From positions 1 through 63,406 of the IMG/VR virus record IMGVR_UViG_3300025135_000005: a stretch of DNA of 63,406 nucleotides; one strand, given 5' to 3'. The first letter of the stretch is position 1. Every line of letters begins with the position of its first letter. The notes under the pieces were generated by a model that had not been told where the DNA came from, made no database searches, and saw nothing but the letters and a program-made list of their open reading frames with translations. Both the position numbers and the translations under genes were made by a program. Below are positions 9,923 through 20,600 of the stretch, in pieces. Source of the stretch: a virus. Its lineage: Duplodnaviria > Caudoviricetes.

Positions 9923-10339
9923 ATGGCAGTTATACCAATAGATGAGGACTTGCAAATGTCCGAAGAGATAGCAGATTTTTTGCTATTCCTACTTAAGGAG
10001 GATAGGGTGCCAGTGCCAAAGCCAAGCATTCCACAAATCCTTCTTGCAAAGACAAGACCTGGGCTTAATGCTCAAATTTTAACCTCATCCATAACCGCAA
10101 GGTTTGAAGAGGCTGGAATACCTACTGGACCACTTGTTGGTGGTACTCCAAATGTTATGGAAAATTTTGTTAAAATTATGATGGAGGAAATTGTGTCTGC
10201 AATACAAACGGATATGAGGGTTGACATTGCAACTGACCCAGGTGCAATTGTTACTGCATCAGGAGCTAATGCTGGTGGACCTGTAGCCGTTGTGGGTGCG
10301 ACAACAGCTCCTCACTCAGCAACTGGAATCGCAAGCTAA
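9923..10339 (+). CDS. Putative baseplate/spike-associated protein
   Basis: Gly/Ala/Pro-rich C-terminus (PGAIVTASGANAGGPVAVVG) and position next to the gp5-like gene. Confidence 0.45.
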   Translation: MAVIPIDEDLQMSEEIADFLLFLLKEDRVPVPKPSIPQILLAKTRPGLNAQILTSSITARFEEAGIPTGPLVGGTPNVMENFVKIMMEEIVSAIQTDMRVDIATDPGAIVTASGANAGGPVAVVGATTAPHSATGIAS

Positions 10340-10581
10340 TGGAAGAGAAAGTTAAAACTAAAAAAGAGTTAATCATAGAGGCTCAAGAGCTTGCTGATAA
10401 GCTTATTGAGAAAAAAGCAGTTATAGAGACAGCTCTTAATGACCTTGATGCTAAGGTCATAAAAGAAGGTGTCACTCAAGAGCATTTGAGTGGTATAGTT
10501 TTGATTGAAGAATTGTTTACAGAATTTGCTGAGATTGAACTTGAGCAAGCAAAAATATTTGAGCAAATAAAAAAATCATAA
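10339..10581 (+). CDS. Hypothetical coiled-coil protein
   Basis: 80 aa, stop/start overlap with the previous gene. Confidence 0.6.
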   Translation: MEEKVKTKKELIIEAQELADKLIEKKAVIETALNDLDAKVIKEGVTQEHLSGIVLIEELFTEFAEIELEQAKIFEQIKKS

Positions 10582-10582
10582 C

Positions 10583-11554
10583 ATGCCAGGAATAGATAAA
10601 TTAGCAAGAGCCACCCTTCAGGGGCAGGGGATTACTGGGGGGATTTCTTCTGAGGGAAACCAAAGTTCAAGAAATATATACCCTGCAATTGTAGTAAATA
10701 ACGAAGACCCTCTTGGTATGAAGAGGATTGTTGCTCGTATTATTTCTCTTGATGAGAAAGACGAAATTAATGGTGGTAGAGATAGAGACACCCCAGATGA
10801 CCAGCTTCAATTTTGCGTTCCAATGATGCCGAATAGTTTTCACATCATTCCTCTTGTTGATGAAATGGTTTATGTATTTTTGGAGAATCCAAGTGACAAT
10901 TCAGCGCCAAGATATTATATGGGCTCTCAAATTAATAGTCCATTTAAACTTAAATTTCAGTCATACTCAGAGGCTATAAGGGTTTTTAAATATACAGATT
11001 TTAATCTTAATCCAAATAAAGATAATAATCCCCAAGCAGCATCCATTCTTCCAAAGCCTGGTGACATAGCCATTCAGGGTCGCTCAGATTCAGACTTGAT
11101 TCTAAAGCCAAGAGAGGTATTTCTTATTGCTGGTAAATTTGAAAAAGATACTCTTAATATAAATAATACCACGCCATCCTTTCTTCAGTTGATTCAACAA
11201 GAGAATGATATTAATTCAAACAGAGACCTCCTTCCTAAGTATTCTCAAGCTAATTTTACATCCACTAACATTAACCTGTATTCAATTAGGGGTAAGTTTA
11301 GGGATTCTGGACTATCTGAATTTGAAATAAATGAAGATTTAAAGTCATTTGGTGATTTAGCCAACACACTCCACCCAGCTGTATTTGGAGATGAATTAAT
11401 TAAATTACTTGACCTTATCATAAAGGTTTTATTGAATCACATTCACACTCCACAGCTGCCACTTCTTGCAACTCCAGAGTCTGATGAAGTTTCTTCTTAT
11501 ACAATAGATGGTAATCTGCAAAGAATTATATCAAATCACATAAGAATTAACTAA
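10583..11554 (+). CDS. Baseplate central spike, gp5/gpV-like (OB-fold N-terminus)
   Basis: AIVVNNEDPLGMKRIVARI...P...PLVDEMVYVF...RYYMG is the OB-fold pattern. The C-terminal NHIHT is an HxH metal-binding apex motif. Confidence 0.75.
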   Translation: MPGIDKLARATLQGQGITGGISSEGNQSSRNIYPAIVVNNEDPLGMKRIVARIISLDEKDEINGGRDRDTPDDQLQFCVPMMPNSFHIIPLVDEMVYVFLENPSDNSAPRYYMGSQINSPFKLKFQSYSEAIRVFKYTDFNLNPNKDNNPQAASILPKPGDIAIQGRSDSDLILKPREVFLIAGKFEKDTLNINNTTPSFLQLIQQENDINSNRDLLPKYSQANFTSTNINLYSIRGKFRDSGLSEFEINEDLKSFGDLANTLHPAVFGDELIKLLDLIIKVLLNHIHTPQLPLLATPESDEVSSYTIDGNLQRIISNHIRIN

Positions 11555-11561
11555 AAAACAT

Positions 11562-11569
11562 TAACTTTG
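11562..11569 (+). promoter_or_regulatory. Bacteroidota-type -7 element TAACTTTG
   Basis: Matches TAnnTTTG, 36 nt upstream of the pncC ATG. Confidence 0.45.
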
Positions 11570-11605
11570 AATTTTATAAACCTTTAGATAAAAACTTGTG
11601 TAATT

Positions 11606-12097
11606 ATGAATTTAATTGAAAAAATTGGTAAAATATTAAAAGACCAAAACTGCAAATTGTCAACAGCAGAAAGTTGTACAGCTGGATACATAAGTAGCCT
11701 CCTAACATCAATTGCTGGAAGTTCTGATTATTTCGAGGGCTCCTTAGTGGTTTATAGCAATAAAGCCAAGATAAGCGCCCTTGGCGTAGAAGAGGAGTTG
11801 ATAAATGAGCACACCGAAGTAAGTGCTGAAGTTGCTTGTAGAATGGCCGAGAGAGTTAAAGAAATAATGGGTACCGAATATTCCATAGCAACTACTGGCT
11901 ATGCTGACGCAGGTGGTTTTGGTACAGAAAAAAATCCAGCTGGAACTATTTATGTAGCCATATCTACGCCCGATGAAACTATATCTCAAAGACTTGAATT
12001 AAGTGAAAGTAGAAGTAGGAATATTTATCTAACTACTATCTCAGCATTAGAGATGTTTATTAAATCTATTGAAAGCCGTCAGGTCGTATTACCTTAA
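11606..12097 (+). CDS. pncC: Nicotinamide mononucleotide deamidase (CinA C-terminal/PncC family)
   Basis: STAESCTAG, GSSDYFEG..VYSNKAK, VSAEVA..MA, TTGYA and GTIY motifs. Confidence 0.9.
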   Translation: MNLIEKIGKILKDQNCKLSTAESCTAGYISSLLTSIAGSSDYFEGSLVVYSNKAKISALGVEEELINEHTEVSAEVACRMAERVKEIMGTEYSIATTGYADAGGFGTEKNPAGTIYVAISTPDETISQRLELSESRSRNIYLTTISALEMFIKSIESRQVVLP

Positions 12098-13502
12098 ATA
12101 CTATTTCATTTGGCATCAATCTCTTGGTACCAAACTCGTCAACCCTAAACTGAATAGCATAAGTTTGATTGGCTAACAACCACCCAGTCTCAAGAACAAA
12201 GTAATTTTGCTTGCACCTATTTATTACAGCTTGATTTACTGATGTCCAAGGAATTACTTCCTCCTGATTATTCATTACCATCCTGTACTTTAAATCATAA
12301 GCTGTGCTCGGTTGATTTCTACTGCTATAATTAACTCTTAAGTCAACAAAAATCTTATGAGTTTCTCCTATTGATAATTTTGAGTTATTCCCAATTCCAT
12401 ATACAGAAATTGAATAGTCATTAACTTGAGGAACGTTGTTTAGATAGTAGTTGTCACGCACAGTAAATACTTGAGTAATATCTTGTTGGTCAACTCCAGG
12501 AACAAAGGTAATACCTTTCCAAACATCTTTGTATTGCTCTCCACGAGTTGCTGAGTTCATCAAAACATCTATGTAATAGACACCATTCTCCATTTGAGTC
12601 GGAGTAAGTCCAGTTATTACAGGAGCTCCTGCCAACGTTTGTATTTCAACTGTTCCTGCAGAAAAGTAATTGACTGGATTATTGCCACTATATGTATATA
12701 AGAAAAGTTTTGATGTTCTATTGTTGGTTACCTGAAGTCTATCGTCCTGAAAAGATTGGTTATATGTAACTTCTATGTATGGCTTAAATGCTGTGTTTGT
12801 TTTTTCGGTAAAAAATGATGCAACATATCTCGTATCTGTACTGAGAACCTCATAGTCCCTTCTATAGGCAATTCCAAGCCCGTTGTTCTGAGAGCCACCA
12901 CTAAGCCAATCATTAACAATCCCAGTAATGTCCATGTCAATATTTTCATTGCCTAAGTCAAAGTGTTGGGTTGAATACTGCGTTACAGCTGTAGAAGCAG
13001 TTGGATTTATAAACACACCTGGCTCATCCCAGTTATCTACAAAAGTTGCAGAGTTCCAGTTTGAGTATCCAGAATTTAAAGGATTTCCACGCTGTTTAAC
13101 AAGGTAGCTTTCTTTAAATAAGTCATATCCACGTCCCTCATCCCAATCTTTATTTATTGGGAACACGATAAGGTCATACGATGCTGAAATTTTCTTATCA
13201 AGAACATCAAATTCATACTCAGGCTCAAGAATTTTGTCTGATGGTATAGCATTGGTCATCTTAAGCCTATAAGATGCAACTACATTTTGATTAATTTCTC
13301 TTAGTGCAAACTTTTCAGAAAGCTCATCAAGGTCAAATTTAACTATAAATCTGCTAATAGAATTTCTCTTCTCAGGAGCAGTGTCTGTACCCCCTCCACC
13401 ATACCAAAGGTCAGTAACTGCATTTTGACCTGAGTTAAAGTTTTGATAAGCTCCACTGGCTATTGTATTTGACTTTGATGGATATATTCTAAAAACTCCC
13501 AT
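12066..13502 (-). CDS. Virion structural protein (beta-rich, DNRLRE-like N-terminal domain)
   Basis: SRFIVKFDL...WDEG...DITGIVNDWLSG..NNGLGI...KPYIEVTY pattern. TATTTATA lies upstream on the minus strand. Confidence 0.55.
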   Translation of the reverse strand: MGVFRIYPSKSNTIASGAYQNFNSGQNAVTDLWYGGGGTDTAPEKRNSISRFIVKFDLDELSEKFALREINQNVVASYRLKMTNAIPSDKILEPEYEFDVLDKKISASYDLIVFPINKDWDEGRGYDLFKESYLVKQRGNPLNSGYSNWNSATFVDNWDEPGVFINPTASTAVTQYSTQHFDLGNENIDMDITGIVNDWLSGGSQNNGLGIAYRRDYEVLSTDTRYVASFFTEKTNTAFKPYIEVTYNQSFQDDRLQVTNNRTSKLFLYTYSGNNPVNYFSAGTVEIQTLAGAPVITGLTPTQMENGVYYIDVLMNSATRGEQYKDVWKGITFVPGVDQQDITQVFTVRDNYYLNNVPQVNDYSISVYGIGNNSKLSIGETHKIFVDLRVNYSSRNQPSTAYDLKYRMVMNNQEEVIPWTSVNQAVINRCKQNYFVLETGWLLANQTYAIQFRVDEFGTKRLMPNEIVFKVIRPDGFQ

Positions 13503-13514
13503 AAATTGTTTTCT

Positions 13515-13580
13515 TATAAATATTCATTAATTCTTTTTATAGCCATCTAACCCTTTATTTTTTTTGTAAGCATATTTATA
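13515..13580. promoter_or_regulatory. Divergent pair of TATTTATA late-promoter motifs
   Basis: TATAAATA at 13515-13522 (TATTTATA on the minus strand, 12 nt before ATG 13502) and TATTTATA at 13573-13580 (18 nt before ATG 13599). Confidence 0.65.
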
Positions 13581-13598
13581 TTAAAATAAAGATTGGCT

Positions 13599-14009
13599 AT
13601 GCCTATAAGTATCAGATTCCCATTTCAAGAGACCCAAGAGGGTGGTGTGTTTTTGTCAACAAAAACTACTGCTGAAGCAATTCAGACGAATCTAATCGCT
13701 CTTCTCACACTTAAGAGGAGGCACAGGGTTATGAATCATGATTTGTACTCTCCACTTTGGGATTACATCTTTGAGCCGTGGGATGATATATCTGCAACAA
13801 AACTTAGGGACGAACTAATTGAAAAAATATCTGAATATATATCTGAAATTGATGTAACAGACATTGGGTTTACTTTTAATGAACAGGAAAATTTACTTGA
13901 AGTTAAGGTTGTTTATAAAATCATTGACCTCGGTGGAGTTAGAGATAGTGTTAGTGTTATAGTTCCTGTTGAACCAGGTGAAGATGCTGAGAATAGCCCA
14001 AGTTTTTAA
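13599..14009 (+). CDS. Baseplate wedge subunit, gp25-like
   Basis: ISIRFPF...IQTNLIALL..R..RVM..L.S.LWDYIFEP pattern of the GPW/gp25 family. ATG at 13599 (TTG at 13593 is an alternative). Confidence 0.8.
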   Translation: MPISIRFPFQETQEGGVFLSTKTTAEAIQTNLIALLTLKRRHRVMNHDLYSPLWDYIFEPWDDISATKLRDELIEKISEYISEIDVTDIGFTFNEQENLLEVKVVYKIIDLGGVRDSVSVIVPVEPGEDAENSPSF

Positions 14010-14019
14010 AAATTAGAAT

Positions 14020-15915
14020 ATGGCACAAAAAACTGTAACAGTAAATTATTTAAGCAGGGACTTCTCTTCAATCAGGGGAGATTTAATTAATTATCTAAAA
14101 ACATTTTTTCCTGAACAATGGCAGGATTTTAATGTCACATCTCCAGGTATGGCATTATTGGAATTAAACGCCTACGTTGGTGACTTGCTATCTTATGCTA
14201 CTGATAAAAAGTATAATGAACTGTTTATTGATGGAGTTCAAGAGAGGAGGTCTGTATACAGACTTGCTAAGACTTTTGGATATAAACCACCAGGTGTTAG
14301 GCCAGCAGTTAGTGTTGCTGACATTATTATAGAAGTACCACCTACTGCAGACGGTCCAGATGCAAGTTATTTGCCTGTATATAGAGCTGGAATGAAGGTT
14401 AAGGGTGCTGGACAAACATTTGAGACAGTTAATGAAATAAATTTCTCAAGCGATTTTAGTGAAGATGGAATTTCTAATAGAATTATTGAACCCATTTTTA
14501 ATGGTAATCAAGATTTGATAAGATATAGAATAGTAAAGAGAGAGAAAATTAAAGCAGGTATCACTAAGATATTTAAAGTCGAAGTTCCTGCAAATCAGGC
14601 TGGGCCATTCTTTCAAATTGAACTACCAGATAAGAATGTCCTTGAAGTGGTAAGCGTAATTGTTCTTAACGGTCTTGGTATTGATAGAACTCCAAGTTTT
14701 ACTGAATTTAACGACTTCCAGCTTAATTATTTTGAGGTTGACTCTCTTGCTACAGATAAAATATTTATAGGAGATGATAGTGCGGATGATATTAATGGAG
14801 TAAAAACTGGAAGATATGTTGAGGTTGAGAAGAGGTTTGAAAAAGAATTTCTTTCTGATGGTTCTTGTATTATTACTTTTGGTGGTGGCGTAGAAGACTA
14901 CGATGCATATGAGGCTTATATTACAAGTCTTACTAACACAGTAAAATGCCCAGATTCAAATTCACTTGATGTATCTGTTATTCTTAATAACACAGCACTG
15001 GGAGTCCAAATACCACCAAATTCAACCATATTTGTTAAATACAGAGCTGGTGGTGGACCTCTAAGCAATGTTGGCTCCAATGTTCTTAATGAGGTTTCAA
15101 ATATTCAGAGCCAATCTCTTGGAACAAACTTAACCTTAGTTCAGGGAGTGCTCTCTTCAACGAGGGCAAATAACCCAATTCCAGCAATTGGTGGCGTTGG
15201 CCTTCCTTCTGTTGAAGAAATTAAGAGCTATATTGCAGCTAACTATAACGCTCAAAATAGAGCGGTGACTTTAGATGACTACGTTTCAAGAGCATTTCAG
15301 ATGCCTGGAAAATTCGGTGCCCCATTTAGAGTGTTTGGTAAGGTAGAAGATAATAAGGTGAAAATGTACATCCTCACCAGAGATGGAGCAGGTAAGCTTC
15401 TTGACGTTTCAACGAGTGCTGTTAAGACAAATCTTGAAAGATACTTGGTTCCCTTTAGAATGATAAATGACTACGTGGAAATTAATGACGGTAAAGTTAT
15501 AAATATGCAAACTGAAGTTGATTTGTTTATTGATAAGACTTTTAATGCAAGTGAGGTTAAGGCTCAGGCTATAAGTGCCATAAAAGACTATTTTGATGTG
15601 GAGAAGTGGCAAATGAATCAGAATATATACATATCACAACTTGTTGATTTCTTAAGAGACATCCCAGGCGTAATAAATGTTGTTGATGTTAGGATGTTTA
15701 ATATGGAGGGGGGAGGCTATTCTCCTACAAGACACTCTCAAGCTTCTTTTAACAGAACTCAAGACCCATCAACTGGCGGTTTTAGAACTCAGTTTTCATA
15801 TATTGATAATGCTATATTTGGAAACCCCATTTCTATGTTTGAAATAAAATTTCCAGAAAAAGATATTCTTTGCAGAACAAGCTCTGGTTCAGCAAATAAC
15901 ACTGCAATTACATAA
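14020..15915 (+). CDS. Baseplate wedge protein, T4 gp6/baseplate J-like
   Basis: YLSRDFSSIR..L..Y, AYVGDLLSY..D, LAKTFGYKP, ITFGGG, YRAGGG..SN and AQNRAVTLDDY are hallmark motifs. Confidence 0.9.
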   Translation: MAQKTVTVNYLSRDFSSIRGDLINYLKTFFPEQWQDFNVTSPGMALLELNAYVGDLLSYATDKKYNELFIDGVQERRSVYRLAKTFGYKPPGVRPAVSVADIIIEVPPTADGPDASYLPVYRAGMKVKGAGQTFETVNEINFSSDFSEDGISNRIIEPIFNGNQDLIRYRIVKREKIKAGITKIFKVEVPANQAGPFFQIELPDKNVLEVVSVIVLNGLGIDRTPSFTEFNDFQLNYFEVDSLATDKIFIGDDSADDINGVKTGRYVEVEKRFEKEFLSDGSCIITFGGGVEDYDAYEAYITSLTNTVKCPDSNSLDVSVILNNTALGVQIPPNSTIFVKYRAGGGPLSNVGSNVLNEVSNIQSQSLGTNLTLVQGVLSSTRANNPIPAIGGVGLPSVEEIKSYIAANYNAQNRAVTLDDYVSRAFQMPGKFGAPFRVFGKVEDNKVKMYILTRDGAGKLLDVSTSAVKTNLERYLVPFRMINDYVEINDGKVINMQTEVDLFIDKTFNASEVKAQAISAIKDYFDVEKWQMNQNIYISQLVDFLRDIPGVINVVDVRMFNMEGGGYSPTRHSQASFNRTQDPSTGGFRTQFSYIDNAIFGNPISMFEIKFPEKDILCRTSSGSANNTAIT

Positions 15916-15980
15916 TCAGGAAACTTTACTTCGAACTTTGTTTTTTAATTTCTATTTACTATTATAAATAAAATAATTGT

Positions 15981-16898
15981 ATGAAGAAGTTAAGTAAAGA
16001 AATAGAAGATAAAATAATTCAATTGTATGTCAATCAAAAAATGTCTACCACAAAAGTGGCAGAAGAAATTGGTATTAGTTCAACTGGTGTATCTAAAATT
16101 TTAAAGAGAAGAGGTCACTCAACTCGAAGTATTAGTGGCGCTAAAAAGGGCGTTAAAAGAGGTACAAAATTACCTGTTGATGAAATAATAGATTTATATT
16201 CAAAACAAAACAAAACATCTATTGAAATTGCTGAAATAATCAAATGTTCTAAGCCGTCTGTATTAAGGGTTTTAAAGGACAATGGCATTGAACTCAGAAA
16301 ACCTGGGTACAGTTATAATTATGAAAACGAAAAAACAAATGAAATTAAAAAACTTTATTTGAGCGGAAAACCTATAAATGAAGTTTGTTCTATCGTTAAT
16401 ATGTCTTATGGAGGAGTTAACAAAATACTTAATAAATTGGACATTATTAGGTCGGAGGATAAAAATAAAGGAATGATTGGTCAAATAATATCCGAAGAAC
16501 ATAAAAATAAAGTAAGAAAAACAATAAAAAACAGAAAAGAGGCAGGAGAATATGACCACATATATTTAAAAAAGACTGGTTATACTTATAAAGAATATCA
16601 AAAAAAATTGCCAGAAATTAGAAAATACTACCAAAAAGTTAGAGCCACAACAAATCAGCAACCCCTTGATATGCTTGAAAATTATAATAAAAGAGGTCAG
16701 TCAGGTGTTGATGGAACATATCATTTAGACCACAAATATTCAATAGCTGAGGGTTTTAAAAATAATATTGACCCAGAAATAATTGGAAATATTATAAACC
16801 TTGAGATGATTCCGTGGGAAGAAAATCTCATGAAAAATCAAAAATGTTCTATAACAAAACGAGAATTATTAACTATTTACAAACATGATAAGTCATAA
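15981..16898 (+). mobile_element. Free-standing HNH-type homing endonuclease with three N-terminal HTH repeats
   Basis: Three repeats of IIxLY...S..xIA..xxxS...V.xIL, then YHLDHKYS...NLEMIPWEENxxK (HNH). Very A-rich relative to its neighbours and inserted in the baseplate module. Confidence 0.7.
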
Positions 16899-17511
16899 TA
16901 AAATACGTAAAATAATTAAAGAAGAAATCTCTCATATATTTGAAGAGAAATCTAATGGCGGTATATTTTATCATGGAACCAGTAGTAAATTCCCTTTTAA
17001 GAAGTTTAGTAAGTTTGCAGAGGGAACTGGAATAGTTAGTTCTGGAGATAGGAAGTATGGTGGATTCTTTTTTACAAGTGAATTCGAAAATGCCGAGTAT
17101 TATACAGAGTGGTTTGTTGCTGAGGTTAAGATAAACAACATTCATGAAGACCCACTTAAAAGTAATCATCCCCCTACAGTCATGGATAAGGCCGTTGAAG
17201 ATAATAGAATTTATATTGTCAGAGATGTTTATGATGGAGCTATGTATTCAGATATTGTTGTAGTTCCGCATAGCCAAATTAATAATATTGAAATTGTTAA
17301 TTGGAAATTTGTAGGGGACAAAGAATTTTACTACGAGCAACTTGACAGTTTTTTTGGTGGAGATGAGGAAGAGTATGACGAAGAAAGTAATTTGATGGAG
17401 CCATATATAGGCCAAGATATGATTAATTCATTTATTAATATGACTGGTGTAGAATTGGATTATCTTCTATCAATTCCTATATTTAAGGAATATTATGATT
17501 CAAAAACCTAA
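16885..17511 (+). CDS. Putative ADP-ribosyltransferase-fold protein
   Basis: FYHGTS..F..F...GGFFFT...AEYY...V...SDIVVV matches the H-Y-[DE] ART pattern. N-terminal IRKIIKEEI helix. Confidence 0.55.
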   Translation: MISHNKIRKIIKEEISHIFEEKSNGGIFYHGTSSKFPFKKFSKFAEGTGIVSSGDRKYGGFFFTSEFENAEYYTEWFVAEVKINNIHEDPLKSNHPPTVMDKAVEDNRIYIVRDVYDGAMYSDIVVVPHSQINNIEIVNWKFVGDKEFYYEQLDSFFGGDEEEYDEESNLMEPYIGQDMINSFINMTGVELDYLLSIPIFKEYYDSKT

Positions 17512-17512
17512 T

Positions 17513-17547
17513 AAAAAGGCCAGAAACTAATACTCTGGCCTTTTTTT
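17513..17547 (+). terminator. Intrinsic terminator
   Basis: aaaaaggccaga-loop-tctggcc followed by a T7 run. Confidence 0.8.
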
Positions 17548-17625
17548 GGTTTTATAAATTTAGAAAAAATAGTATTAACTATTTATCTCAGTTTTTTCTT
17601 TGCCTATATTTAGAATAAAAGACTC

Positions 17626-20600
17626 ATGAACATTCAGCAAGAGGAGATATTATTGAAAGAATTTACATCAGGAACTACCCTGTTGTTTTTTAGTACTCAT
17701 TTAACTTCTGATAGTAATACTTTGTCGAGAGACCCTGATATTATTTATACCCCTACCATTCTTTGGCTTGACAATTTTAACACCCCTGTAAAGGTATCTA
17801 CATTTGATGGGAAAAATATTTGGACTCTAAATTCTGAAAATAATTATGTACCAATTGAGGAATTGTCAAATAATCACATGACAGGGTATTCTTATGTGAG
17901 GGATTATTCACATATAATTAACGACAATAGACTCAATCAAATTAGGGAAAGATTTACTCAACAAATAGAAGAATCACTCAATACTGGAGCAACAATAACA
18001 ACATCTGAGGGTGTAATACCAAATCCTAATCCACCAATTGTTCCTACGCACATAGATTATGTTTTTCGACAATTTAATGAAATTGATGATTTTTTTGTAA
18101 ACATCAAATTAAATAGAACATTTGGAACTCTTGATACGCTAAATATTTATAACAACCTTGTAAATAGTATGCCAACCCAAGAGGCAGATACAGGTGTTGT
18201 TTTTGGTAGGCTAATGGCACGTCAAAAGATAAAAGATGAAGAGGGTAATAACATAAGCATCCCACTTAGAAATGTTCCAATAGGTATTTTTAACTCATCA
18301 GAAGACTATCCATCCTCAACATCAACAGATTCGGGTGGAAACAGGATTTATCTTAACAACAAAGAAAATTCAAATCCAAGCGAATACTTTAACATCCAAT
18401 CTTTTAGCGCTGATACAAACAGCTATCTGAGGTCTGTATCTCAATTTACATCAGTCCCAGACCAGTATAAATATATCACTACCACCAATGAAAATGGGGA
18501 ATTTATTATATATGATGTTCCTGTGGGAAATAGGATAGTTATTTTTGAGGTGGATTTATTTAAACAAGGTCTTACAAAAGATGAGATTGCACTAAATTTC
18601 TTTCCTTTCCCAATTGATGACGAAAGTAATATTGACACTATTCCAAGTTTCTCTTTTAAGCAATTTCCAATTGATGTTGTAAAATCTTGGGGGACCATAC
18701 AAACTGGGTATACAGAACTTGATATTGTTGTTAATTATGACCTTAGAAAGTGGGCAACATTCTATGTTCCGCCAATGGGTTACGACAATAAAAAGCTTGG
18801 CTCTCAAGAGTTAGCAAACTTCTCTCCGACTCTTAATGTTGAGATTAGAGATATGTCTAAAGAAGATTTTCCGATTAGGAAACTACCTGTAGTAGAGATT
18901 CAAGACATCTATGACAAAGAAGAGGAGCAAACCCTCCTTTGGGATGCAGAATTTGCTCAACTTAAAAATACGGCTAAATTTTTTGAACAGGGATTTAGAG
19001 CCTTTAAAGTTCCAGCTAATATGTATGACCCCAAAGGATATAGGACAGATAATGACGGAATTCCAAGGTCAGAGCCTACCTCTCAAGGGGTATGGCTTGC
19101 TGGATACCAATTTAAACTATATTATAATCAAAAGAATTCTATATTTAGAACAACTGGCTTCCAAAGGGATTGGGGATATACAAACCAACCTGGCGGATGG
19201 ATTGGTAGAGACCACTTCCACTTAAATAGAGGAGAAACTTCAGATGCACCGAATACATCAGTAGTTAATCAGACATATTCCCCTTATGATAAACCATGGA
19301 CTGCATTATATCCTGATAAATATAAAATACCTGCCAAACCCATTGACAAAAACTACATAAGAAGCACTATGGTTGGTAGACTTCCCGCCACTAATCCTCG
19401 CTATCTTGAACAACCTGAGTATAAAGATGGTGACCTAAACGGACTTCAAGTAACATTGTCAAGTATAACTACAGCTGATGTTGGAGGATATGGCATACAA
19501 CGTAGTATATCAAATAATTTTTGGTTTCCTAATAGGTTTTCTAAGGAGGTTACATCTGGATTCATATATAAATACGAAGCTGGAGTAGCTCGGAATGAGA
19601 CTTATTCAAATGGTTATGAACCATCTAATGGTAGTTTTCCAATTCAACCAGGTATATCCAGGGTTCTTAATGGAGAGAGGTATCAAAGAGTTGAATGTGG
19701 ATACGGTTATTGGCTAAGGCCTGAGGGTTGGCCCCCAGTTTCTGCAGAGCCTTGGGGAGATACAATTTTTTCTCAAGCCACAAGAAATGGAGCTGGTTTA
19801 ACGGGGCCAGATTTTAAACCTGGTGTCTTAGCTGTTGGGCAAAGTAATGGAAACAATATAGTCCAAGTTCAAAATATACCTATTGATGTATATAATTTTG
19901 AGGATAAAGACATTGCGCTGGCACTTGATAACAATGCAACATATAGTGAGGGAGCTCTTAGTTTATATAGAATTATTGACCCAAACAAAAGAATAGAAAG
20001 AGGCCCAGAAATTATATCAACTTCAGCCACATTCAATTTTCAAGATTTTTATTTCCAGAGAGGGCCAAATAGCTCAAAAATTATAACAGCACACGATACA
20101 GACAATAATAATACTGATGATAGATATTTTTCTAAGCTTGTAGGAGGAAGTCCGCATGCTCAATTTGGCTATAATTTGTTAGAATTTGAAATAACTAATT
20201 TAGGGAATATTACAGTTAGTATCCCAGGGACGAATATTAACTTATCTCCAGGTGGAAGCGCTATTTTTACAACAAGTCAGCTACCTCTTCAGGGGGCTTC
20301 AATTACACTTGCTGGTAATTCAAATTTTGATTTTGCTACATCTAAATACACGAGAGCTAATTATAGAATGAAATTCAAAAATATATTATGTAGAAAAAAT
20401 AATGGTGACCCACTTGGCGGAAGTGGAACCAATGTGCCTCAAGAAAGAATTATAGCAAATACCAATGTTACAGCACAGGCTACACCACCAAATTATTATT
20501 TAATAACAAGATATGGTAATGTTAGAACTCAATACGATAAAAATAATGATTCTTGTAAAACATCTGGAACGCTTGAAACTTCTTTAGACAGGTGGGTAAA

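Noticed and set aside
10583-15915. Bacterial contractile injection system (eCIS/T6SS) instead of a phage
   Set aside because: The baseplate genes are embedded with primase, Mre11-Rad50, RuvC-like, a sigma-like factor, an endolysin and homing endonucleases, and there are no host housekeeping operons.
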